A program made the translations under genes and the position numbers. Positions 35,623 to 49,003 of a DNA stretch of 64,000 nucleotides are shown one piece after another; positions within the stretch are counted from its first letter, which is position 1; every line of letters begins with the position of its first letter. The stretch is from assembly GCA_030704615.1 (NCBI GenBank), contig CM060734.1:40796001-40860000 (forward strand). The letters run 5' to 3'. The notes beneath the pieces are model-generated. The model was not told where the DNA came from and did not search any database. It was given only the letters and a program-made list of their open reading frames with translations. The stretch comes from Takakia lepidozioides. Its lineage: Eukaryota > Plantae > Bryophyta.

Positions 35623-35848
35623 GGGTGATGTTTTTGTGTTCCCACGAGGTCTTGTGCACTTCGAGCTCAACGTGGGCAACGGGCCAGCTTTGGCTATCGC
35701 AGCACTTAACAGCCAGAATCCGGGGGTGCAAGCCATCCCCGCTGCTTTGTTTGGTTCTGACATCAGCGACGCTGTGCTGGAGAAAGCGTTCAGCGTGGAT
35801 CAGAAGGCAGTGCAGTATTTGAAGTCTAAGTTTACCACGAAGGCGTAA
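35623..35848 (+). pseudogene. Germin 3' fragment fused directly to upstream promoter sequence, copy 6
   Basis: GDVFVFPRGLVHF...KFTTKA follows aataaacctccgcgtcaaactgggt; TATA, 5'UTR and the first two-thirds of the CDS are missing. Confidence 0.9.
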
Positions 35849-37562
35849 CTCGTGTTGCGATAGCGATCCACTGTGTGTACATGTATCGTATGCTAGACAG
35901 TTGACTATCTCCATTCTTTGACCCCAATTGTCCTGTGAATATGCTGGGGGATTAGCTCATTGTTTCAAATAAATGGATGGCTATCTTGAAATTGGACCGT
36001 GTGGAGTGGTGCTGCCTCACACAAATATCCCACACTCATTGCACTACTCTGCTGCAACACTGGAGGTTTTACTTCAAAACTCGTTAATATAGGCACCTGA
36101 GGTCTTTCCACCAAATCGGTATGCAACTCATTTTATAATATCCTTTAGTTTTAGCGCACACCTCGCTTTGCCTTTACTTTAGATCATCTTCAAAATCTGA
36201 GTGTCAGGTTGTGATACAAATATTCCAGTTATAACACTCAAGAATCTAGCGCTCTAGATCTTGTGGATCGTAGACTCTGACCCAGTTTTGAACTGATGAG
36301 TCAAGAGGTTCGCATCTTTTGTTTAAAATAATCTATGTGCTCATCAGCCGTAGCATCTCCAAGATGCAGTGCATCTCTCGCGTTTCCCTCCTTTCATGGT
36401 TGATAGTAGTTCGTTCATCTGCGGATCAGCATCACGCAAGTCAAACCGTGTGTCCAGAACATATCGGCGTCCTTCATCTCCCTAGTCATTCTCTCTTGTT
36501 GAGGGCCCCCCTCACTTTCTCGTTTGTCGCTTTCTCGTCCCATAAGCTCTCCGAGGTTTTCGTGAACGTTATAAAGTACCATTTAATTTCTCTAGCTCGT
36601 GGTAGATTTGTGTCTGTGACTGTGGTCGACCCTCTTTGCGTATACTGTTCTCACCTCGCCCTGGCTCCTGACATGCCCATCTCATGTGTTTACATGGTTA
36701 TTCTTCTTCACCAATGAACCTTATTAGGTGCGTACACATGGAGACAACTTTCAATGTTAAACAGCTTCCGAAGATAACCCTGCCAGCAACGATTGTGGGA
36801 GATTTCTGCCCATTGGTGTATGTTGTCCGGCAGCATCTTTGACTGCAAATGCACAGGATACAAGTAAACTTAACCAGGGCAGATGGCTTCAATCTTTGCA
36901 TGTAGTAACCTGGGCTTGAGCCATGCTCCCAACTTCCAAGGAGTGAGAACTCCACAATCCTGGGGTGTGCTGCTTGGGAGGCGTAAGGCAGAGAGACAGA
37001 AGCACACTCATATGTACAAATGTGTAAAAACCGAATCGAAGATTAGAATGATCAACTACCCTTCAATTGAAAATTGAATATTGTTCATCCTAGGTAGCAC
37101 AAGGGATGACTGACTCATAACTGAGTTTTTAGCTAGTTGTCCATTTTCCACCATAGAGCATCTGACTCCTACCTAACCAAATAGGCTTCCAATCTGCTAA
37201 ATATGAACTATAGATCTAACCTGACTCATTAATTTTCTTTTGTGCTGTTCTTACCAAAAAAGCAATTTGCTAGACAGTCTACAAAGGACTAATAACTCAG
37301 GAACTTCTGGAAGTACCGTATAATCCAATGGATCCTAGAGTAGAATGCAGTACCTTGATCAGCCCCGACCCCCACAGAGCAGCCATTTGACCTCTCTACA
37401 ACGGCAAGGACTGATTTTCTTTGATATGGGTTGCACTTTGTTGGCCAGTGAGACCCGACCCAACCTAATGAAACACCAATAAGTACAATGGCCACCTAGT
37501 GAAGAAAAATCGTAACTACTCAAACTCAGGCATGAGCAAACACTTCCTAGACAAAAGAAGTC

Positions 37563-40500
37563 TCAGTTGCTCGCGAACCCATCCGCCTCCACAGAATCAA
37601 GTTCATCTGTGCTGTTCTGTTGACTCCAAAGTTGGGCGTAACGACCAGCCAAACCCAGCAGTACCTCGTGGCTGCCTTGTTCCACAACGTGTCCCCCTTC
37701 CAACACCACAATCTGGAAAACACAAAGAGCTGGTAAAGACGATCTATGCCAGAAAAGCTGCATTTTAAGAAGTTAAGTCGGCTGCTCCTTGGACCTCAGA
37801 TTCTGTCTGAGGATTAACAGTTTCTCTTATACTGATCTACTAATTGAAGGGATTAGATGGAAGTACCTCATCACACTGCATTGCCGTTGTGAGGCGGTGT
37901 GCAATAAAGATCGCAGTCCGATCATGAGCCAACGATCGGAGGGCTGTGAGTATCTCTCCTTCGGTTGTGCTATCCAGTGCACTTGTTGCTTCATCACATA
38001 GTCTTGTCACCCCACAAGCCCAACCAACAAGTCAGAGCAGCACAGCTATTAGTTATTACCCTAAGTTCCACGAGTATGAAGATAGACGTCATGGGTTGGC
38101 ATACTTCCTAGACCTCTTGAATTGGGTGGAACAGGGAGGGCATTGTGTCCAAATTACTGACCTGACCACAGCCCAAAGACTGGGTAGTTTGGTTGCAAAC
38201 TGCAGATTTCCTTTTTGTATTTCTGTGTATTGTGTGAACCATGAGGCATTTCTTCTATGCAAGAGCTTTGTTTGATGCTTTAAACAGACATGCAGAGCAT
38301 AAATTCATCCACAATGTCGAGAAACATCCAAGAAGTCTCCTACTTGATGCCAATGCTCGAATAGTTTTCTGAATGTGTTTGCCAGCACCCCATTAGAGGA
38401 AAACGTTGTGCTGGAAAGAGAAGAAAACTGATTAAACAAATGATCATACAGCTCAAGTGCAGAAGGTATACAAGATAGGAGGAGACTTCAGGAAAGCCCT
38501 GGCTAATGCAACGCGCTGCTTCTCTCCTCCACTCAACTGCAAAGACCCATCATTACAGTTTAAATCTTAAAAACCAGAGCTCGGCAATGGGCACTATTCA
38601 GACTATGTAAGCTGGTTTGCATTTCATCCATGGTAATTATGCACATCCAGAACCACAAGAGGATAGATGCCATCAAAACGTGTTCCTGGGTAAGACTGTG
38701 AAGATGCAGCATTCTACACATGCATTTTTAATGGGTTCACATAGATTAGAATGTTCCAGCAGAGGTGTAAACCTTAGGGCTGTGCTAGTGTATCATAATC
38801 TGTATATAATTTGGAGATAGAACAAGGATCTTTCCAATGTCAATGGGGTCAGAGAGGGCCCATGAGAGAGTGTCCAAGTTCAAACCTTCAGCCCCCGTTC
38901 TCCCACCCTGGTGCCGTATTGATCAGGAAACCTCATAATGACGTCATGAATGGCAGCCTGCTTGGCTGCATCATGTACCTGTTCCACATTACCAACATCG
39001 TTTTCTAAATCCCACCAACAGAAGTAGCCATAGTTTCAGTTTGAGAACTAGACAAACGCCCCATTCAAGTAAACATACATAACATTGTAAAAATCTTATT
39101 GCCTTCCTCCACTTTGGTTTACTAGGCAAAGGTCATCATATCCATCCTCTACAAGGGTCAAAGTGATAGACATGGATACTAACCTCTTCCTCAGAAGCTG
39201 ACAAACGCCCATATTGAATGTTGTAAAAGATAGTGTCATTGAATAGCACCTGCATCCTTCAACACATGCTCTTTAGACACAGCAGGCAAACACCAAGCAA
39301 GACATGAGGAAGGACAAAGGGAAAGAGAGTAACTCAGGGTGGGAGATATACTGAAAGAGGACATGGACCCATCTTAGACCAGATGCCAGACTGATCATAA
39401 CTGTGGAATGACAGGATAAAATCTAAGAGGGATAAAAAACCCACTGCAAGAAATATTTAAAAACAATTGATGACATGGAACAGAGAAACCTACGGTGTCT
39501 TGAGGGACGACCGCAATACATTTGCGTAGGCTCTCAAGTGTGATATCTCTCACATCTTGACCATCCACTTTGATCTGCCACACATCTCACCCAACTTCAA
39601 GTAAATCGTTTGACCTCAGGGATTTGTGTAAGGAACACTTTAAATTCACAGGATCAAATGGTAGAATTGAGCAGGTTCATCAACAACAACCTGGACCAGA
39701 TTCTTGCCTTCAAAGGACACAGAATGAGGATTGAATCAATAGCTGCTCCCATAAAGTTCTGCCTACTGCCCATAGAAGGGCTACCCAGAAATCCTACCGA
39801 GCCAGATTTGCAGTCAAAAAAGCGATAGAGAAGTCGTAATATTGTAGATTTCCCTGCCAATCCACCACCAAGTGATAAAAACGTCAGCAATAATACTTGA
39901 AAATCCACCTAGAAGGTCCTATCTTTCCAGGGTACTACAACACATAAAATTGGAAGGTCGTCATAAATGCAAATAAAGACTCTTCTTCTGGCACTTGCAA
40001 AAAGTTCCTAGTTACATACCACTGCCACTAGTACCCACAATGGCCACACTCTTTCCTGCTGGCACATCGAATGATACCCCATCCAGTATAGGCCTATTTG
40101 ATAAATACCTGCAACATAACAATCAACCATGCAATTTTCAGTGGTACATGCTAATGCCACAGCTCCTTCCCAGAAACCCACTATTGACCTATGCCACATG
40201 AGTGTATTTTAGGCAACCAATCCAAAACGTTGTAGATATCTAGGTGCATCTGATTACCGCAGGGGAAGGGTGGAGTAACTACATCAACCTGGTTACAACC
40301 ATTCGAAGGCGTCCAGCTTAGGCGGCAGTACCCTATGTACTGAATAGAATAAAAAGCGTGTGTGCTTTGGCAAGTGTTCTACTTTCTTTCTGGACTGATG
40401 GAGATTGAAGAGCTGCTTTTCATTGGTTGTACATTTGGAACCTATGGTAGCTTGTACGGCGGCCTTGTGCCGTAACCATTGGGCCATCTGTTTGGTGTTC

Positions 40501-43500
40501 TTGTGACATACTCTTTACAGAAGAGCAAAACAAATTCACTGAAATGAGAAAGCCAGGGACTAACTACACATAGAACCAGCCATAGAATATTAGAGCGAAC
40601 ATCCCTTTACAGAATCAAAATGATAAAGGATATTTAGAACAGGCTAGGGAACAGACCCAAATTGCACATTGTCAAAAGAAATGTGGCCCCCCTTCAGCTG
40701 TAATGGTTTGGCGTTTGGTGCATCAGCTATACTTGACTTAACCTGCAAGAATCCAGCACCCCCTGCCACACCTCAAGGACCATGCAACAACTTTTTGATG
40801 GACATACTGAAGGTCTTAAGTAGCTAAGTCCCAGTAAACAAATTTGCTTTCTGTCTTTAAGACTCCTTCAGTTTATTCTTACCATCGAAGTCGTCTGTAC
40901 AAACCAAATTAATGCTTTCCAATTTGTCACTGAATCCATGTGGTGAAACTTTTAAAGGGCCTGAAAATGCATGGCAAGCTGATGGTACCTCAAGCAAAGA
41001 GAACATGGACTGCATATCGATCAGGCTCTGGCGTGTCTCCCGATACACTGTCCCCAAAAAATTGAGGGGCAAGGACAGTTGAAACAGAAGTCCATTGACC
41101 ATGACCTGCCACATGTTGGCCCAAATTCGCAATTAGAGAGTACTCACTACCAATTGATCATTCCCAGCCAACATTGGCTGCGGTCCTTGAGGACGTAGTC
41201 CCCATCAGATACTGATCCTCCCAGCTCCAGTTGGGGGATTTCCAACCACCAAGGAAAATAAGACCCAACTTGAACTTGCGGTAGCCTATTAAAACTAAAG
41301 CCAGTTCATTGTACAGTAGGAGGATTGTACAATCCTGGCATACCAAGTCGCCAAGACTCATGGTGCCGTTCATGATTCCATTGGCGCACATGATCATGGC
41401 TGTTGACAAGGCAGCACTAAAGATGATATTCTGCCCAAAGTTGAGTCCTGATAAGCTTGTCTGTGTCTTCAAAGCAGCATCCTCATACTCTGTTCCCCAC
41501 ATCAGTTCCCCAAATTTGCTGTAAGCTCAGAACCAGCTACTAAAAGTTATCCGCAGGACACAGTAATCCTGGACACAGCCGATGAGGAATGGGATGGCCT
41601 GCTCAGCAAGGAAGATCAATTATGGAGACATTCCGAGCACTTGCAGACATCCTATGCCAACCTATCCACCTAATTTTCACACTTGCCTTCATCCTTTACC
41701 ACAAAAAAGCAGTAATAACCTCCATGATGGTTCAAGAGAGAGTAGACTATTACTTTTCAAAAACTCATCATATCTTTGAGCTTCATGGTCCTCATTGTTG
41801 AAGTACTTCACAGTCTGCAATCAAGATCCCTCCCTGGTTATGTACCCGCATGAGAAAGTAGAATGTACACCTTGTCTATTTCACCGTACTATGCAGCTGT
41901 GGCCTCAGTTGCGACAGGAACTGACCATGACAACCCAAAGAAAAGAATTATGTTTAGAAAAATCCTTCTTCAACCCATATTTCGTTTTGAACTCGATGAA
42001 ACATATATTCCCTGAACTTTAACACATGTAAGAAATTAGTTTACAACTAACCTCATAATTGATAAGAGAGTCGATTGCCCGTGAACTTGCTGCATTGTCC
42101 GCTGTATTCATGTCCTGCCTAAATTTGGTGCGCCACTATTTAACAATCCACCGAGCCAAATACCAACAAAGAAAACTTCAGTGGTTTTTGTTTGCAACAA
42201 TCAAATCTCCTTAGGATAAAAGCTCCTAGCTATAGGATAGTACCAGCACTTGCGCGCCAAGCTGCATCTCAAGGGAAAACTAACAGAGCACCATAAGGTG
42301 AAAGAGAGAAAAAACAGACATTACAGTGCCACACCCTCAGTTAGGAGGTGGGCACCTTCTACTGCCAGGTTTTTGCCTGGAGTCAAAATAGTTGACACCT
42401 GCAGCAGTGAGCGTAAATTATGGTGTCTCTTCACCCTGGAGGGCTATTGCCTTCCGTTGGGAAGGCGGACACCTTCTAACGGCCGTAACTGGGTAAAGCA
42501 GTTGTCCAAACCTCCATCAAGGACTCAGAAGTCCCCAGGTACCCATCATTAGGTGTCTGGTTGACCCAGCGACCCCCCTTTTTAAGCTGCGTTGGCTATG
42601 ATGGGTAACATCCAACATACACGTATGTGGCTTTGAACCCACCACCACTTGTTGACCCAATTCTATTCCCAGAGACTCGAAAATCTCTAGGTCCCAAAGA
42701 GTTAAGACAGCCAGTGTAACTGGAAATCCCCCACAAAGCGACTGGTTGATGCGGTGAACCCCAATTATACTTGGGATGGCTATATCCCGTAACAACCAGC
42801 GTAAACCTTTGTGCAATTGATCCAATGACCACTTATAAGGTAGTCAAGTGCCCTAATCATTGGGCCATCCAGAAACTGGGATAGTTGGAGTAATGTTGGG
42901 AAGAAAATGAGGTGATTGCAAGTCTCAAGGTTTCAGAAGCTAACAGCTACATGATGCTACGAATGCTCACAGAACAGACACATTAATTGAGAGACTATCA
43001 AGAGCATGAGTGTACCTGGGTTACACTTAAAGTGAAGAGAGTGTAGGCCACCACAGTGATAGAAGTAATCCATGCAAATGGAGCTCCAAATTTGTAGGCT
43101 AATATACCTGCCACCATCGATATCTGGCACCCCAGAATTCTTACAATGTTTCAAAGCATTTGAAATGACAGTAAAATCTGAGCTTCTGGAAGATAGAAGA
43201 CTTTTCTTCAAGGTATGCACCCATGAGAACATAAATCTCACAATAAACATGCTTCATGCACTCTCCCAAGAATGGGACTCCTACTGCACAGGGCTGACTA
43301 ATGGTAACCAAGCATGGGTAGTAGCCTGTCTCCAGTGGCCACACCTCCAGAAGAGTCGGCACCACATTGAAGACCATGGACGAGAGGATGAAGTTGATAG
43401 CCCGAGTTCCTCGATCAATAGTGCGATTCAATGCACCTGTCTGTCGGCTGCATCACTCCACACCACCACCAAAGCAGCAGTCAGTCAGTGTGTTTCCAGA

Positions 43501-46500
43501 AAGCAATAAATTGGCAGGAGACATGGATACGTTTCCGCATTGGTAATCAGACTGCAACACTGGCCACAACATGTGTTGTTGTCCAGTACCGATGGGGCTG
43601 CATTTACTGATCTAGCACAAGGTTAGCCTGAAACAAACCAAGAGGATCAATACCTCAAGTGATAGCTGAGATCAAGATCGTGAAGATGCAGAAAGACCTG
43701 TACCCCATTCCATCCCTCCAGATGTGAACCCACTTGTGGACAACAAATGGTGAACAAACACACCTATATTAGAAATCTCTCTCCCTGATTGAACAAGATA
43801 AGAGTGTGTGAGAATTGAGCATGAGGACAAGGCTTTGCTATGTGGATAACGTTTAGCAGCATCCAATCAGACTCTCTCTGTCCTTCCCTCTTTATTCCCC
43901 ACAACTCCTGTAGCTGTACCCCTCCAACGTTGTTAGGTGTTACAAAATTCTGCAATACAGAAACAGCGTAATACAACAAATGCCACTGCTGTAGCCTGGT
44001 GACCATAGACCCCTCCCCCAGTTTGGGCAGAAACGATTTGCGATAAAGAGAGGTTATAGTGACATATATGGAGACAACAGTCTTCTCACACAAAGGAAGG
44101 TAGTTACACCTTGCGGGCCACAGTGCGGATGGTGCCTTGCGCTACCTTGGCAAAAACCGCATTCCTTAGCTCTGTTTCCCCTCCAAGCATTCACTGTCAA
44201 TGCTAACACTGAGGACCTACACCTGAAACCCTGGTTGACTTCTGACTGTCTGTAGGAAGCGAAGAATGCAAATCCATGAAATAACAGTAAGTACATAAGA
44301 GATGCATCGAGTCTTCCCAGGTTTTTTGTCCATTTTAGTTTTGACCCTTTTTGAGAACCCTGTTCTCATCTTGAATATAAAAGTCCTGGAAATGAGGTTA
44401 CTGTCATAAAGTTGACACACAATCCTATAGGGCCCACAAGGGGGTAAGGTTGGCAGTGGGGGATGGAAACAGGCTTGCTGTAGGTAGTTGAAAAAGCCAC
44501 CATATGGGTGCCTTCATTTACTATTACCAAACTGATTATTGTAAGCCAGAACCTAGTATACATTTCTCAGACTTTCCTCCATTGACTGGAGGACAGAACT
44601 TACCATTGCAGGCCGTTGCACCTGCTCGAGCAATACCATACCCAAGAAGAACAGCTGTTGGAGTGGCATAAAAGGGAATAAGCAGGGGACTCACTGCCGC
44701 TGCAGATGCTGTGGCCCCTGCTGCACCCACAGCAGCAGAGAGGCCATCAACTGCATACTTGAACATGAAGGGGACTTGGACATTCAGCACCTGTATTTTG
44801 GAAAGGTCAGTCAGTGGCCCTGTCTCTACTCACTCACCCATCTGTGCTTGTCACCAACCACGTAGTGCAAATGTGGAGGCCATGAACAGACCTTAAGCAA
44901 CTCAATTGTGTTGGGGAACTTGACAGTTGCCACAAACCCAGAGAAAATGTGTACCTTGGAGGCAATCAAGAGGCTGAGGGCCAGACCCACTCGCCTGCGG
45001 AAGTCAGGGTTGTCCTTGGACCATAAATACGCCCCCAAGGTCTGCAGTATGCGCATATCAGCCACCCTTTCCTCCTCTTTTGCCTTGTCTGCCACTTTGT
45101 TCTCATCCCCACCTAATTGCTGTGGCATAGCAACAGCTACCGATGAAGCCCTTGCCACGATCGCAGATGATCGTGATGTAGGGGGTGGGTTGGAGGTTGA
45201 TGAAAAAGTTCTGGTGTGTGGGCCCCATGCCAAGTGTAGATGCTGCACATTCAAGGGCCATCCATGTAAAAAACAGATGTCACTACTGGCCCCACAGCAA
45301 CTCATGTTAATCTCAATACAAGATCTCTAACCAGCACACGTAGACCATAACCATGGGTAAAACTACACACTGTAGTTGACACAGCCCAAAAGTGCAGACA
45401 TTTGCAGCTGCTGAAATTTAGTTCACCAAAAATAAGGGACCAGAGCATGTACCAGCTCATTCATCTCTGACCACTGTAAGACACATGATCAAGCCCACAC
45501 CCTGTAAAGGCTTGACCTACTACAACTTGGCAACCCCAATTTCCATTGCCCACATATCCAATTTATTTAATCTTCTGTAACATTGGATGGACAGTCTGCT
45601 CAAAATTCTAGTTGCCCTACAGGTGTGCACATGACAGTGTGAAGATAGATTGTACTCATAAGACGTTGTTTGCCGTAGCCTTGTGGCCATTGACCCCGCG
45701 CCCAGTTTGAGCGGGAAGATAGATAGAGATAGAGAAGATAGAGATAAAGAGAGAGGGAGATGTAACTCATTACACCATGATTGCCAGTCTGATCTGCTGC
45801 ACGCGCACATCTATATGCTTGTCCACCTGCACCAAAGGACTTTCCTGTAAGTGATTAGAATGACAGACATACAAATAAGCTTGCCAAATGTTTGATTTAA
45901 TTTGGCTGATTTCTTGAGCACATGAAGTATCATAAGGGTCATCTCCACAATGTCCTGACCACTGATACACTTGTTCAAAGCTGCGATTAGTGAATTCATC
46001 TTGAGCTTCTTCCATCTTATTTCTGGTCAGTATATCAAAATTTAGTAGTGCCCAGTTCTAAGCTTTGGTTTATCTCTGGAATCACGTATTGTATAACACA
46101 TGAGAAGCGGTCTTTCCTACACGTAAATGGGACTCAGAAGAAATGAAGATACCTTTCTTACAAATGAGGCTCTCATGCCCAAACTTGCAACGGTAAATTT
46201 CGCCATCTGCAGTCCGAGAGAACTGTAGCCTGCACTCTTTCAGCTCAGTTACTGCCTTGGGAGCTTCTCTGCACATGTGCTGGGCCGCATGTTGACTACC
46301 TACATGCCGAGAGTCAATCTAGTCATACCTGAGCGCTTATAAAACATAGGGTAACGGCGAAGGTGAATACAGGGAAGTTACTTGCCCTTCCTTCCAGCAT
46401 AATCATTCACCATTCTTCACCTACTTTTGTAAAGTAGGCTGCCAATGCTAGAAGTTGTTGTTTCGCCTCCCCTATCACACCTTTGTACCAGTACTTTCCT

Positions 46501-48221
46501 TCCCACCCAAGAAATTCTCTAGGTCACATTCTCAACAGGCCAAATACATATACAATGGTTCACTGACGTGTCCTCATGATGGCAGAGACTCACCTAATAT
46601 ACCCAGCCACTCACTGTCCTTGACAGTGTTATCATAAATGTGAGATCTCCAGTCATCCTGCATCACATTTCACAAGGCCACATTGATACCACTCTGCAGC
46701 ATTTATGGCTCCCTCAGGTTAACTGTAACCTCAAAGAGATAGAGGCAGATGAAACTGACCATAACTACAGGGGAAAAAACATATGATAGGTGTGAAATCT
46801 AGAAAAGTGTTGGATGTATCAACCAAGACAAGATACAAAAGCTACAGAGAAAACATAGATGGAGTAAAAGTACTCCAGCAGACCTTTCATTTAGAAAAAG
46901 TGGCCAGCATGAGACATAAGGCATTACATGAGTCTGCCAACTAGTTGAGCTGGCGACTTTCACTTTCAAGCGTTTCACTGCCTACGTGCCCTTTTTGCCT
47001 AGACATTCCGAATAACACTAGGGCCCCCCAGTCTTACGGTGGCTGATGGCACGGAGTCAGCTGGGGCTTCTTAATCAAACAGTTCAGTTAAAAGTTAACA
47101 ATACTGGCCATTACACATTCTGGGCACACATGGCTGCTGGGACTTGTTGCAACTGCCACTGGTGGTTGCTGCAATTGCTGACAAGTCCTGAAGTCGAGAC
47201 AACAACAGTTAGTGAACAAGGCAGACTAGGGGAAGCCTTGTTTAGGTCCCTGGCACGAATCCCTTGAAGATCATAGTGTTGCTGACAAGTCCCAGACAAC
47301 AATGATTAGTGAACATGGTCAAATTAGGGTAAGCCTTGTTTAGGTCTCTGGCACTAATCCCTTGAAAGATCATAGGGAGTATTTCTCCACCTTCCACAGC
47401 AGAACCCCTAGGTGAGACAGGGCCTCAGTGCAAACACAGAGAAAGTCAGTGACATCCTTGAGGATATTGAGTATAGCATCTGAGAAATTTCTGAATGTAA
47501 AGCCCGATTTATCCAATAGTCTAGAAAACCCTACTTTCTTAGGAGATGTCTCCTTTTCATATAGATACGTAGTGGGAGTTCGGCACCTGTCGGCATAGTT
47601 ACTGAGCACAGAATTGTGCGTGGCAATACTATTAATGTGATCAAGTGTATTCATATATGGCACGGGCGTGGTTACCCTCAGAGAACCGAATTTGGAGAGG
47701 GTTCTTACAAAAATTGCCAACTTGACCAAAACAAGAATCAATTGCTGAACTGGGATAAATTTCTAAACTTTCTTTGAGTCACAGAAAGCCTACAGATCGT
47801 TGCCTGAGCTGAGCTATGGCCGCTGAATCCTATATCACCCCAACAAAAGAGTGTCGTAATCTCTCCTTCAGACACAGCACCTTCGCACTTCACGAGATGC
47901 ACAGTGTACACAATACCCCACCAGATGCCACAATTGCGTACACTGCCTTTAAAGGAGTAGGACGCCAAGGGAGGGAGGCAGGAGCAGGAGACCGTAGAGC
48001 TTCCAAGGGCAGCAAAAATATGAGAAACAAATAGAGACCTGAACAATAATAGAGGTCGCTACGATGAAGGGAAGACGGCGACATACACTGGAGCCAGTAG
48101 GGGTCGCCTGTGAGATGAACCGAATGCTCTCGCAGCCGCCACTGACAGCATTGCGATGCAGCGAGCGTGTTGCCAAAGTGTCTGCCTGCGGCCACAGCTT
48201 ACTTCCCACGCGCCTCAGCAT
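37563..48221 (-). CDS. ATM3: Mitochondrial ABC transporter, subfamily B (ATM1/ATM3/ABCB25-like), about 20 exons; first exon(s) tentative
   Basis: GT-AG exons encode [14 protein letters not shown] (~45020), [59 protein letters not shown], Walker A GTSGSG|KST (40020/39850), [14 protein letters not shown] (38530), [10 protein letters not shown] and IAHRL (37867-38003), and [10 protein letters not shown] to the stop at 37563. Confidence 0.93.
47177..47375. repeat. ~100-bp diverged tandem duplication in the long first intron of ATM3
   Basis: gctgacaagtcc...aagccttgtttaggtc...atcccttgaagatcatag occurs twice. Confidence 0.8.
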
Positions 48222-49003
48222 CTCCAACCCAAAGCTAGACTCACAGCACCCTCTACCAGCTCCTTCCTCCCACTTCCAATCCAAAATCTCGACTTCGGAA
48301 TGCAAATAGTGACGCTCTCTTCCCAATGGTCAGGAACCCACTGATCTTAGTATGCTTCGCTGCCGTGGACATCAAGGGAGGCAAGAGCAAAGCCTCGGTT
48401 TTCGGTCGACCTTCGGTTATGGGACACCTTTTCAGAAATTTAAGGGTCAACATTGTTGATGATGTCATGACGGCCACAAACCTCACAGACGAATTTTTGA
48501 TGTGCTGAACAGAAAACATCTTTCGTACTTCCCGTGATGTCTGCAGAAAGCCCAGAAATTGATGTCGCCAGAAATAGGTAGATCTCATCTTCTAATCATG
48601 GCGGATGTGAGCCTGCTGGGGGTTGCACAACTTCGAGTCTCTTTATTTTGACGCTATTGAGGATTTATTTCAAGTGACAAATCCATCAACGCAGATGTGT
48701 TTGAAGTCGAATGGGTTGCACAGCGACCTGGGAGTACGTTCGAGGAGATGTATTCAGTTATGTTACAGGAGATGTACTTGTCCTTTTAGAGATCGAGGTC
48801 TCAGTGCTCAAAATCTAGCAGCTCGGACCCCTTGTAATGGGATATCAAAGACAAATGCGGACTGCTGGGTATGTTCCACATCCTCCCCCTCTTTTCTTGT
48901 TGAGACGATATGAATCTTTGTTAACACACAGTTGAAGGCATGACCTGAGAAGAGATAACAGAGATCTGGCAGAGCTGGGCTGCCAAATGAGGCTTTTGGA
49001 TGT

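Noticed and set aside
47177-47375. Possible intronic snoRNA pair
   Set aside because: No convincing C/D or H/ACA box arrangement on the transcribed strand
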